Positions 47,601-59,378 are shown, counted from the stretch's first letter. The stretch: 64,000 nucleotides of DNA from Blepharisma stoltei ATCC 30299 (GCA_965603825.1 CBFDEM010000041.1:248001-312000), one strand, 5' to 3'. Numbers and translations: made by a program. Notes: a model not told the origin generated them from the letters alone.

Positions 47601-49480
47601 AAGAGCTTTGATAAGAATTGTTGTCTATGAAGTTTATAACCAAATTTATACCTGAAACACTTGAAGTTATTGAATTGGAATAAGCATCAAGCGGATTAAA
47701 AGTTATTGTATATACAGTTCCTGCTGTAAGAGATGAGGATGCTAGTGTTGACAAAGAGGATGTTGAAGTATCCGTACTTGCGGAACCTGGATTTACAGTC
47801 AGCTGGAACGGGCTTGTTTTTATAGATGTCCCATATAATGTTATAGTAGCAGTATAAGTCCCTGATTTTGTAAGTATAAAGGTTGCCGTCGATTTTCCAG
47901 CACTTCCATAGACACTGTTAAAATTCACAGTTGCAGGACCCGAAAAACTCAGTGAGTAGACATCAGTTGGGTTATCAAGCAAATTCCCATTTGCATCAAC
48001 TGAGTATAGACTGAGCTGATTGCTTACTCCTACAGTAGTTGAGCTTATTGTAGTAGAATAACATAAAGAAGGAGAACTAAGTCCAACCCCTACCTCTAAT
48101 GTATATAAAGACCCACTGACCCTTGTAGGGGAATAAAGTTTGCTTGAAGGAATTGTTTCTTTAGTTTGTGAATAGCTGCTCCATCCTACTCATATATTAG
48201 CATTTCCTTCCAATTGTTTATAATTTATTTGAATAAATGCATAAGAGTTCGCTGTTAGCGCAGCATTTCCATTGTATTCTCTGCAGCATATAGAAGAAGC
48301 GTCCACAACTAATATTCCATCAATATAAAGCTGCGCATAATCATCTGCCAGCACATAAAATGTATAAGTTTCTGAATATAAAGGCAAAATAAAGCCAAAC
48401 CATTTAACGCTTACAAAATTTGACGCATAAGATGTAATAAACTCATCTGAACTTCAGCTGAAACTTAAAGTTTTATCAATTTGTGAGCTATCAAGGCTTG
48501 AATACCACCATGCATTGTCCCAATAATTTCCTAAAATCCCATATTGTTGTAATTGGATTACCGAAACAGTATAAGGTCCAGCTAGTTGCGGGGTATAACT
48601 TGCTGACATCGTCCCATCTCCATTATCAGTGAAGGAAGAATAATCAAATCCATCCATCAAGTCAGCCACATAATTTGCATTTGTCGAGCTTACCCTTATG
48701 CACTCATACCCATTATTTACTTCACAGACATCTCTGACTTCAAGCAAAAAAGTTGAAGGACTTGTCACAGTGTTTCCTGAGGAGTCTTTCATGTTGACTT
48801 CTACGGTAAAAGAATATAATGCTGAGGGACTGGATGGATAAGTGGTGGTAGATTTACTTGGATCGGAGACCTGAGATATTAAAACGCTGATAGAGTTATC
48901 ACCTGGGGATTCTCCTACCCAGTTATAAGCTGTAACTTTATAATAATATTGAGTTGAATAACTTACAGTATCCACATAAGAAAATGTTGTAGGACTTGAT
49001 ATTGCTGATAATAATGCCCAGCTTGATGTCTTTTTATATACATTAAAGCCTAAGATTGGAGTCCCTCCATTCGAAATACCGTTTGCAGACCATGCTACTG
49101 TTACAGTATTTAAGGAAGCCGAGTATGATAAGTTGACTACATCAGCTGGAGTTCCAGCGCACATCATAGAAACTGAGTCTGAAGTCGGTGAAGTCCCAGA
49201 AGTCACAGTCACTTGATAATAAACGTCTAAAAAGCTGCCATCAGTGCTGCTACATTGTATAGTAGCCGAAGTTGATGAAGTGCTGCTAAGTGAATATGTC
49301 GTCCCTGAATGTGTATAAGAAACATAGTAAATAGGCGATGATCCGCCTGAATATGCATTTCATTGAATTGTTAAGGTGTTTGAAGATTTATCGTAGCTTT
49401 GTCATTTAACTGGATTTGGCTTGATTACTAATTAATGTCTTACAGCTTGCTGCGGCGAGGCTTAATAAGAGAAAAATCAT
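44605..49480 (-). CDS. Large secreted/surface S/T-rich protein with FN3, filamin/Ig-like repeats and three PA14 domains (1619 aa)
   Basis: ATG 49480 with signal peptide MIFLLLSLAAAS and 16-nt intron 49428-49443; four ORFs in one frame joined by TGA(W). FN3: NGGTPILGF, YYYKVTAYNWVGES. Filamin-like: DNGDGT, NNNDGTY, DNSDGTY. PA14: SVKWFG/SVKWIG/GVIWSG followed by YTF/FTF. Confidence 0.88.
49428..49443 (-). other. 16-nt spliceosomal intron
   Basis: Minus strand GTAAGACATTAATTAG; joins the signal-peptide exon in frame to the main exon. Confidence 0.85.
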
Positions 49481-49499
49481 TTTATTTAAATAATTCTAA

Positions 49500-51737
49500 T
49501 TAATTTGATTTAAAACAATAGCAATTGTTTGCATCAATAATCATATCACTATCTAATTTGTTGCACGTGGAATCGTCCACTCTTTTAATTTCTCTCAATT
49601 GCAAAAACATGCTGTGTGTAGTTCCATTGTAATCCTTATCAAATCATAGATAAGGTAATAAATGGTTTCAATTTGATACCATAAATCGTTTTTTGAACTG
49701 GTCTGTTACCAAATACCCATTAAATTCAATCTTTCCTCCTTCATTGATAGATACAGTGATTTTGTATTTCTTGTTTCCTCCTTCAACAATTGGTTTTAGG
49801 GCTGATACTTCAGCTTTAACTATTTCTTTAAAGGTAATTTCTTCACAGTCATCTTCATTGCTTTTATCTCTAATTTTTTCATTTAATGCCGAAATTCCTA
49901 AATCTATTAATTTTTGGATTGCTGCGGTTTGCTTTGCGATTTCAATCGAAATTTCTTTAAATTCTTTGCAGGTACAGGAAATGTCAGGAATTTCAAGATC
50001 TGCACAATTTCGATTATCGTTAATTTTTTCTAATAAAAGAGAGACAGCATTATGTGTGTGCTGAAAACTCTTTCAGTGCTTGTATGTCTCTGAATCTAAA
50101 AACAGGTTTCCATAAGGAAGAATGGCTAAGTGTTTAAAGGTTAAATGCCAATCATATCGACTTACCAGCCTTTTTGTATTGTATTTTATGATTTCATCAG
50201 TATTTTTACCAATTTTTGAAATTAATTCTTTGTTTGTTATCATAAAATGCATAGGAAGCCTGTTTTCCATATACCCTTCATAATCTAAATCTCAGAATCC
50301 AGAATGTTTTCCATGATCAGACATAAAATGAATGACAAAATCTTCATTATTTTTACTAAAATAGGCTAAAATTTCATTGAAGAATTCCTTAATATCTTGG
50401 TCAGCAGTAATAATCACCCTTCCTGTTTCTTCATGCCCAGGAGAAATGTGAAGATATGCAAACCTATTGTGCCCAGAATAATTTTGCACAAATTCATATG
50501 CATAATCCAATAGGTATTTGTGAGCATTTTTATTTCCGATGCATCTTTCTTTTGTTGCAAAATCCTGATAATTAAATACTTTGCTTGCTCCATGGTAGAA
50601 ATTTGAAACAACATGGTCGGTAGAAATTTTCCTACCAGTGCAAAGAGATAAAAAATCGTTAACAGTATCATACCCAAACATTGTTACAAATCCTAGATCT
50701 TTGTAGTGGTTTCATATAGCATCATTTTGTGCTTGCTTAAATTTAAATCAATTTGATGGGTTATGAATTGTATAATTTGATAATTTTTCTTCAAGTTCGC
50801 TTAGCTCATAGCCGTATAGCAAAGGGATCATATTAGGTCTTGTTGTATCACCTTGTGCATTATTTATGAGAAAATCATAAATTGCTAATTTTTTGGAAAA
50901 TTCTCCGGTCACTATATTTGAGTTGAAAAAATCCACAGTTTGATTTAAATTCCTATAGAAATGATATCTAGACACTGAATCAAGCAGCAATATAATCACT
51001 GTAAGCGGCTTAATCTTATTAATTTTAAGGCTTTGCTTAATTTCTTCCATTCTTTGTAAAGCTCTTTCTGATGCTTTTTGGTTAAATTTATTCTGAAGCT
51101 TAGCCATAATATTCGTTGTTGAGCATTTTCCAAAGGCAAATTCCATATTCCCAATTTTCACCTCTCTCTGAAATACTCTTCATATAGGCAACATTTTTAC
51201 ATCCCCAAATACTTCTTCATCTGGATAAGTTCCTAAAGCATACTGTGTGCTTTCCCCTTCTTTGCAATGCAAAATTAAGGTATCATTGGTGAATTCTAAA
51301 TATTTTTCTTCGTCATTCCCAAATTTTTCACACTTTCGAAAACTGGTTTCTTTGAAATATTTTTTGGCTTGCTCTTGTGTATATCCAAATGCTGCTGGCT
51401 TACAATTGACAGTATTTTCAAGCTGATTTTTTGGGTCTCTTATTAGAGGTAGAGATTTTATATAGTCAATCGAAATAGAAGAAAAATTAATAGTGATTAT
51501 TTCATATGTCACTTTGCTATCACTCAATGTAATGTTCACCTTTACATATAAATTTTTTGTCTCTATTTCATTTTCTAGATTCTTCTCTAAAAATTCCGTT
51601 TTCTCATAAGTAAAAGTCACTAACTGCTGATTTTTTTCTTCCTCAGAAAATCCCCAAAAATAAAGTATCAATGGAAAAATCAGCGCAAAACTCCCAACTC
51701 CTATAAGCGCCCTTTTAAGACCCTTATTACCTGCCAT
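49500..51737 (-). CDS. DUF229-type type II membrane protein (alkaline phosphatase/sulfatase superfamily) (745 aa)
   Basis: N-terminal TM segment; four ORFs plus a tail in one frame via TGA(W). VIILLLDSVSR, GDTTRPNMIPLLYG, IWNHYKDLGFVTMFGYD, MSDHG, ENRLP, RLVSRYDWHLTFKHL. Confidence 0.8.
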
Positions 51738-51817
51738 TTACAAAATAAACTAAAAAATTTCCCCAGCATCTGCATCCCTCATAGACCCTATCACCATTTT
51801 GATTGGATAAATATCGT

Positions 51818-52451
51818 ATGAGGAATACAACAGTCACAAAAGTTGCAAAGGGTAGACCGCGAAAGCATAAACTTTCTATTGCTCACATCAAGAAAGCCAT
51901 TTCAAAGTTTATAACAAATACCGAAAAGATTATCAGATCGGTAGATCCAGATGCAAAAATAGTGATGTCGTCGCCCAAGCCACCAATGAAAAAATCTGGT
52001 CGTCCAAAGAAGATTATTGAAGAAAAGCCTAAAATCGTGAAAAAACTACCAAAGGCAGAGAAGGCCAACCCTGATAAAGAAAAAATCATTGTCCCTCAAT
52101 TTAGGGGTAATTCTTATGTAGCTAGAAATCTCGCCTTCAGAGATTTCTGATAATCAATCCATTGAAAACACTGACGATGAAGTCTATGAAGAATTCCACT
52201 CTCACTCAGAAAAAATTGAGTCTTTGCTAAGATCAAGGCCAGATATCAGAAGAATTAAGGCCCATGGACGCTCTACGAATGGCGTCCATAGCAAAGGCCA
52301 AACCTACGAAAATTGGAAAAGGAGCCTGAAGAAGTTTGGGATGTATACTCCTGAGGATATCATGGTGAATTATTGGACTGAAGGAATTGGCGGACTTCCA
52401 TATGAAATCCAAGAGCCAGTAGAAGATGTAGTTATCGAGCTTGATAATTAA
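51818..52451 (+). CDS. AT-hook protein with PEHE-like C-terminal segment (~204 aa); needs an unusual splice or a 1-nt sequence correction
   Basis: KGRPRK and SGRPKK AT-hooks. IIVPQFR (exon 1) continues to EI...ENTDDEVYEEFHSHSEKIE only after a +1 shift at the intron starting 52107. Confidence 0.62.
52107..52125 (+). other. Tiny intron with two possible acceptors (15 nt to 52121 or 19 nt to 52125)
   Basis: GTAATTCTTATGTAG|CTAG; both acceptors have A at -6. Confidence 0.65.
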
Positions 52452-52777
52452 TTACGCGCCATTCTGCTATAGTACTTCGCTTATTTTGAAAATAAAGATA
52501 AGATTATGAGTTTTTAAAAAGCTAAAAGTTTCTGATAGTTTAGGATATTGAAACTGAGGCTATATAGAAGATGCTTGCTTTATAGCTATTTAAGATATCT
52601 ATTCTTTATTATAAAATCAATTAACTGGACTTCTTAACGAAATTCGCCATTTATTAATCCACAGATTAAGAGTTAATAACAAAATAACGATTCATAGATT
52701 TTTAATATTGAGCAGCAGAGATTACACTAATTTATATTTTATGTGTTGGTTTAAATGCAGGCATCGCTTTACATGCT

Positions 52778-53239
52778 CTATACACTTTGCATCATAAATG
52801 ACTTATGCCGTTTATGAAATTCTGAATTCTGCGACTGCTGCTTATAATCTGCTAATAAATTTACACTACTCTTTTTTCTACTTATAGGGATTATACAATC
52901 CCTTCTCAACTTCAAATTTTGCATGATTTCGTTAGGTGTTTCGAGCCCATTTTGGGCATATATAAAAGGTAAATATTTAGAAGAAGCCGGTGAGCCTCTC
53001 AAGCTTCTTGGCGAATGCAAAAGATCTAAGGCTGGGCTGATAGGACTATCCCTGCTCCCTATATGTTCTCTTGCAGAAAAAATCGAAGGAAGCTTAAAAG
53101 CTTCCGAATTTCTTCTTACGTCTCAACTTGAGATTTCTTTTATTTTTAAAGGCTTCAGCACAAGTTTCCGTTTTGTTGCTAGATATGATGGGATAGAAAG
53201 CGTGAACGATTTTATTTTTTCTTGCCTAGAATCAGCCAT
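52778..53239 (-). CDS. Hypothetical basic protein (153 aa)
   Basis: ATG 53239 MADSRQEKIK is in frame with ORF 52778..53020 through one TGA(W). Confidence 0.65.
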
Positions 53240-54117
53240 TATAATTTAATGGATAATCTGTAAAATCTAAATAATTAATGATAATTTTGAATGGGATAAC
53301 AATCATAAATGAGGAAAGTAAAAATTTTAAAAATGGAAATTAAAAAATAAGACAAAGTAAGAAATAATTATTCAATAATTTTTAAAAAATAAATTTTCAA
53401 TATAAATTTAGCTGTGCAACAATAATCTTTATATAAATTATTTTTTAGTTATTAAAAATTAAATGAAAAATTCAGAAAGAGATAATGATAAAATTACCCT
53501 TTGCCAATTTTCTAAGACTGATTTGTAAGCTAAGAGTCGAATAACGGCTAGCAATAGTAACATGAAATATTTCCGCTCCATCTTTTTTGAAAGATTATTA
53601 GTCGAGCTATTAATTATCATTTTCAGAGAGTTCATAAAAAATGATAATCAGAAGTCAGAATAATTTAGAAAAATCAGATTAAGGGCATTTATTTTGCCTT
53701 CTCAGCAGAAAAATGAATAAAATGCACGAACATTAATAATTTTGCCATTCTGCAAATAAACCTTATTTCAATTTGATAAAAATCACAATCAGTTATCAGC
53801 AAAAGCCTTGGATTTAAATTTAATTAAATTATAAGAACATTATTATTTGGACGACTTATAGCTTAATTACGAAGAATTAAGCGCCTAATTCATATCTATA
53901 TGTTAACGTTTCCATAATCCTACATTTTCATGATGGCTAACCCTTATTTTTAATTTTTACTACAAATCTTGACTCCTCGTTTTACTCATTTTCAACGCTT
54001 AAAATGGACTATATTTATTAAATTTCTTATATTCAAATCCTTATTTCGTTTTATTGTCGACAAGCCTAGTATTTGGCTTTCTTCAAATTTTCCTATCATA
54101 AGCAATAAACATCCATT

Positions 54118-55422
54118 ATGCATAAAACGCTAGCGACAAATGCTGTTAATAAAATGTCGGATTATCGATATGAATGTCCACTCTGTTGCGAAAATTACAA
54201 TATCAAGAATAACCCCAAAATTCTTGCTTGCGGACATTCATTTTGTGAAGAATGTTTAAAAACAGTCTTCAAATCAGCGAAAAAATGCCCTCTGTGTGAT
54301 GGAGACATTGCGGTCGAGAATATTACAGATCTCCCAGCAAAGACGGCTATCATTCCGAGTAAGCATGCCTCAAGAGACGACACCAATTGGTTCTACCCTC
54401 AGCAAGACTTTGACAACTATTTCGTCTCCACATCTAGTTTTAAAAACAAGTTTTCAAATAATTCCCAAGCTATAAGCACTACTTTGGAAAACGGTTATAC
54501 GCCATGGGAAAATAGTTTGGAAAACAATGGATACCCATCGTGGTGGAACAACATCACAGATGAGTCCCCGTGGAACTTTTCAAATACAAATAAAATTTCG
54601 AGTAATGGCATCACCCAAGATTATACGAGCACACACAACATTGCCAACTCAAAAATCAGAGAACTGAAAGGATATATGGATGAACTTGAAAAATCCAAAC
54701 AGAATATCAAGCAGTTCTGCACCTATGCAAACAGCATCACTCTCGAATCCAAAAATCAAATTTGCCAAAAAATCCAATTCGCTAAAAAATTTCTCCAAGA
54801 CTTGGAAGAAAAATCAAATAAAGACGCTGAAAACTACATCACTTTGAATCAGATTGTAGCCAAGAAAAGCATCGGAGAGATCGACGACAAAATCAATTTA
54901 ATTAATAGATGTCTCGGAAGCTTATCGAAGGTTCTTTCTAATTCAAGCGGAATTAGCGTGTCTCTTCAAATGGAATTAAACCAACTGTCATCGATGGCTA
55001 TTCCTGGGGCAAACATTGAGTTCTATTCCTACAAATATGATCCAGAATGGACATTAGAAAGCGAACCCAGCTTTAAAGTAGGAAAATTGGACAGCCAACA
55101 GATGCCTTCAATATACCGAAGCTCTAGTTTCAATTCTCAGTCCTCAGGGAGCGTAAGTCCTATTGGTAAATATACTCCAAAACTCGCTAAAAAGGTCACG
55201 AACTACGAATGGTACACTATTGATAATGACAAGGGATCTAGAAGAGCTGGACCTGTCATTGAGAAGCAGATTGAAAAAGGATACAAAAAGGGTGCTAAGA
55301 CATGGAGGATTCATCATAAAGACCATGGAGAATACTTCGCAATCGTGAATTATGAAGATCGGACTTTTAAATACTTTTCAACCAATAAGGTTTTCAAGTT
55401 AGAAAGAGTTCCGAGCTATTAA
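54118..55422 (+). CDS. RING-HC / coiled-coil / WWE-like protein, putative E3 ligase, paralog 1
   Basis: CPLCCENY..PKILACGHSFCEECL..CPLC; central coiled coil; C-terminal YEWYTID..IEKQIEKGY..IVNYEDRTF..KLERV. The start may instead be the second Met (MSDYRY). Confidence 0.85.
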   Translation: MHKTLATNAVNKMSDYRYECPLCCENYNIKNNPKILACGHSFCEECLKTVFKSAKKCPLCDGDIAVENITDLPAKTAIIPSKHASRDDTNWFYPQQDFDNYFVSTSSFKNKFSNNSQAISTTLENGYTPWENSLENNGYPSWWNNITDESPWNFSNTNKISSNGITQDYTSTHNIANSKIRELKGYMDELEKSKQNIKQFCTYANSITLESKNQICQKIQFAKKFLQDLEEKSNKDAENYITLNQIVAKKSIGEIDDKINLINRCLGSLSKVLSNSSGISVSLQMELNQLSSMAIPGANIEFYSYKYDPEWTLESEPSFKVGKLDSQQMPSIYRSSSFNSQSSGSVSPIGKYTPKLAKKVTNYEWYTIDNDKGSRRAGPVIEKQIEKGYKKGAKTWRIHHKDHGEYFAIVNYEDRTFKYFSTNKVFKLERVPSY

Positions 55423-55481
55423 CTAAATCTCATCGATACTAATAGGTCTTCACATTAAAATTAAATTTTGTATAAATAATT

Positions 55482-56594
55482 ATGGAAGGAACCATGAGGG
55501 AATGCCTGCTTTGCACAGAGCTATATAATGATAATATAAACAAGCCAAAAGTACTTGCATGTGGACATACATTTTGTGAAGCTTGCTTAATAAAAACTTT
55601 GAAATTATCCCAGCCTTGTCCAATGTGCCAAAAAGAAATCAGGGAGATATCTGTTTCAAGAATACCCACAAATTTCGCTCTAATACCAAATAACCCTACT
55701 CCGAAACCAAAGGTAACGAATAACGCCCAATTTGCCCAAAAATACGATACACATGGTGGATATCCTGCTCAATGAAATCCATACTCAAATGTAGCAACAC
55801 GAAGTGTTCCTATCGTAAACGCTCAGCAAGATAGGGCTCTGCAAGAAGAAAGGAAGCAGATGCAAAGCTTTGCTAACACTAAAGTAAAAGAATTCTCAGA
55901 ATTCGATGAAACACTCGAAAAATCAAAACAAAGCTTGAAGAAGTGATGTGCCTACGCAAATGATATAAATCTTAAATCAAGATCTCAGCTCCTCGAAAAA
56001 ATCCAAAAAGCGAAACAATTTATTGATGAAGTTGAAAAATGGTGTATTGAGGGTTCTCAAAGCTGCATAGATTACAACATTGGTATTGTCAATGAAAGTA
56101 TTTCTATAATTGATACAAAAAGAAAGGCAGTGCTGAACTGTCTTGGGATTTTACAAAATGTATTAAGAGGGATTAACATAGACAAAAATACCCTCAATAG
56201 CCAACTGAGCCAGATATCTACAAACGAGGTTCCAGGAGTTGATGTAGAGTTTTATACAAATGTATATGAATCAAGCTGGAATTATACAATTGCTTCGCCA
56301 CAGAGTAGCCTAAATAAATATAAAATAAAGGAATTTGAAGTCATGTCAACGACTCCAAAAGTAGTGGAAAACTTTGAAAACTATGAGTGGCACACCATTG
56401 ATCCAAAAACTGGAGATAGACGGCAAGAGCGCTATATTGAAGAGCAAATAGAACTTGGATATAAAAATAGAGAACCGAAGCGAAAAATTATTAATAAGTT
56501 TGGGTTTGTTATAGCTACCATTGATTACGCAAACAAAACATTTATTTTAAAAAAATCGAAAAAGCTGCTTACTTTACAGAGAGTTCAAGTTTAA
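55482..56594 (+). CDS. RING-HC / coiled-coil / WWE-like protein, tandem paralog 2 (370 aa)
   Basis: ORFs 55482..55775 and 56130..56594 share a frame via two TGA(W). PKVLACGHTFCEACL, LEKSKQSLKKWCAYAN, YEWHTID..IEEQIELGY..TLQRV align to paralog 1. Confidence 0.85.
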
Positions 56595-56654
56595 TTAAAA
56601 TTATATTTTTTCATTAAGAAGGACTAGACTAATAATTTTTTATTAGAATAAAAT

Positions 56655-56996
56655 ATGGAAAATTCATATACCATTATTGATGCAGATATCACATACTCTA
56701 TATTAAAAGACGGAGTTTCTGTAGATGATATTAGGAAAATAATTAGCGATCGAGTTGAAAAAGGTATTGGTCAATCAACTAGCCAAGAGAGTCAAAATTT
56801 TATATGGTGGCCAACAAGAGTAAAAGATTTGTATCAAATTATTGATAGTGAAACATATATGTGCACTTCAGTACATGCCAGGCATATTAAAAGAGCCCTT
56901 GATTTAATAACAGAAAATGCTGATTTGCAGCAAACTCATATGCTCTTAATTCTCGATGCAACAATCGAGGGCATGGCACGTAAACTTACATATTAA
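56655..56996 (+). CDS. Hypothetical protein (113 aa)
   Basis: ATG after an AT-rich spacer; globular-like composition; no recognised domain; 3' end uncertain. Confidence 0.55.
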   Translation: MENSYTIIDADITYSILKDGVSVDDIRKIISDRVEKGIGQSTSQESQNFIWWPTRVKDLYQIIDSETYMCTSVHARHIKRALDLITENADLQQTHMLLILDATIEGMARKLTY

Positions 56997-57183
56997 GAGA
57001 GATAAGGTAAGGTACATCTGGAGAATCTGGATTTTTTAAAATACCACTCCACTTAAGCCAATCTTTTCAAAAGAATTAATGTCTAGGAATTGCATACATT
57101 TTATTCAAATAATTAAGTTCATTATTAATATTAAAAGCAACCTTTTAAATAAAATAATACAAATGTCAAAAATTTATTTTAAA

Positions 57184-57870
57184 TTATTTTTTCTTCTTCA
57201 TTAAAGCAGATTTGCTTGCCAGCGAATCAAAAATGGCTGCAATATCGCTTTTTGGCTTCATAGATCTATCAACAAATAAGCTTGCGTCTTTGCATGGTCT
57301 TCCTCTCTTTCGAGGAAAAGTTATTTCTCTACTATTCATAAGGGTGTCATTTATATCACCCTCCAACATTTTTTTCTCTGAAATTCAATTGTTTTCTATG
57401 GCTTCAGTGTCATAAACTTGAGGCTCCTCGTAATCGTCCATACACAAAAATCACTGATCAAATGCTTCAATGCTTTCTTCTTCCACTCTGCTGAAATTGC
57501 TTATTGGTAAAGGCTTGCTTTTATTATTGTTATCACTATGGGCTGTAAGAAAATGCGAAATAAGCTCTGTAGACTCTGTGAAGCCTTCTTGGCAATTTGG
57601 ACAGAAAATTCCTTTAGGCTTGATTTGGGGCTTTGAAAATTTCAAGCCTTGCATTTCTTCTGCTGCAGCGCCGCCTTTATAGTAATTAGTTTCAAAATTC
57701 CCAGGTTTATAAGTTTCCATTTCAAGTTTTGGGCAGATATGCAATTTCATGATGCCGAGACAAGTGAATTTCTGTTTGCATTCTGGGCATTCTTCCATGG
57801 GTGCAAATCGTTTTTCTTCTGGATCTATTAGTCTTATTCCCCAAGATGTGTATAACTCTGATATATCCAT
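57184..57870 (-). CDS. Protein with two zinc fingers (C2HC and C2H2) and an AT-hook (228 aa)
   Basis: CPECKQKF..MKLHIC, CPNCQEGF..LISHFLTAH, RKRGRP; two TGA(W) join ORFs 57451..57870 and 57184..57369. Confidence 0.75.
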
Positions 57871-58247
57871 ATTTGATTATAAGATGATTTTCTTTGAAGG
57901 TTTAAAACATTAAGATTTAATTTTAATATAAAATTTAAAAGTTAAATAATGCTCAATTATTGGATCTATTAAATAGCTTTAAGATCAACTCCTTCTGCTA
58001 AAGTTCACTGTAAAAATTTTCAATAAATAAAATTTTTATGAATAAATTTTAATATTTGTGTATACATAAATGAATTTGCCTCATTTTCTAAAAGAATAAT
58101 AATTTAGATTAATTTGAAATAAATCAAACAATGAAAAAGCGTTAAAAATCTTTTTACGAAATAATGAGAAACACTTTTCATGGAATTAAGCTCATGCTTA
58201 ATCATTTAGTTGATCTTGTAGACTTGCTATTTTAAGATAATTATTAT

Positions 58248-59175
58248 TTACCTCATATCCCTGATTGAATCTGGCACATCCCTCAAATAAGGATGGTTTA
58301 ATGCTTCAGCAGCACTAATTCTATTAATTGGGTTAATCTGCAGCATTCTATTCAGCAAATCATACCCTTCATCATCAAGCCTCGGCACAAGGGCCCTTAG
58401 ATCTTCCCCTGGAAATCTTTCGAAATTTCGATTATATTCCGACAATTGGCTTATACCTGGTCACGTTTCTTCTGAGGGTGTTCCCATCACCTTAAAAATT
58501 TTTCTAATCTGATCGTTATTTGATGTTCCTGGAAACAGTGGTTTTCCATTAAGCAATTCAGCAAAAATACACCCGACTGACCAAATATCCACAGAAGTAT
58601 TATAATTTCTGCTTCCCATCAGGACATCTGGTGGTCTATACCACAAAGTCACCACTTCATGAGTATAGCTCCTTACTGGGATCCCAAAAGCTCTTGCCAG
58701 GCCAAAATCCGCCAATTTTAAAGCTCCTTCTCTATTTATCAATAAATTCTGAGGCTTCAAATCTCTATGAAGGACTCTATGGGCATGACAATGAGCGACA
58801 CCACGAAGTAATTGAAATAGATAGGATTTTGTAGTTGCGATATCTAAGCCTTGCCCAGAATATGCATCAATTAGCTTTTTTAGATCTTGGTCGAGGAATT
58901 CAAACACCAGTGTTAGTTTACGCTCTGTGTGAATTACATCATAGAGTCTAAATAAACTCTTACTGTACAATGTTAGGGTGTTTTAGCTCTTTCAGAAGGG
59001 AAATTTCTCGAATTGCAGTGCTGGGAATTCCTTCGTCTTCTGTTTCCAGTCGGATTTTTTTCAAAGCGACTAAGTCGCCTGTGGCTGTTTCACGCGCCTT
59101 GTATACGACTCCGTAAGTGCCTTCTCCTATCTTTTCGAGTTTTTGGTATTTATCCATGCGATTGCGAGTGACCAT
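58248..59175 (-). CDS. CDC2: Cyclin-dependent kinase, PSTAIRE (CDC2/CDK2-like, with CDK5/PfPK5-like residues) (303 aa)
   Basis: [20 protein letters not shown], 16-nt intron 58948-58963 (HPNIVQ-LYDVIH), [33 protein letters not shown](TGA 58461)-PG. Confidence 0.95.
58948..58963 (-). other. 16-nt spliceosomal intron
   Basis: Minus strand GTAAGAGTTTATTTAG; removal restores the conserved CDK sequence HPNIVQLYDVIHT. Confidence 0.93.
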
Positions 59176-59378
59176 TTCTTAGCAAATTATTATTGAAGCT
59201 TGGATCAAAAAATGAAACTTCTGTAACTAAAGCCTAATTAATATTATTTAAAGCATAAAAATTATATTAGTTTTAATCTCATTAATCAACATAATTAAAG
59301 ATGTTTTTATCATATTTATGAAAAACTTATTATAAGGTTTTCAATCTAAGCTAAAAAGTTATATATCAGAAAAAAAAA

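Noticed and set aside
53250-54117. Long intergenic region as a hidden gene or RNA
   Set aside because: I found no sizeable frame even with TGA=Trp and no convincing nested helices by eye.
56980-57023. Possible tiny introns extending the 56655 ORF
   Set aside because: Candidate GT..AG spans are 17-22 nt and do not produce a convincing longer frame.
58971-58978. Heterotrich telomere unit CCCTAACA on the minus strand
   Set aside because: A single copy inside the CDK coding sequence (HPNI); no array.
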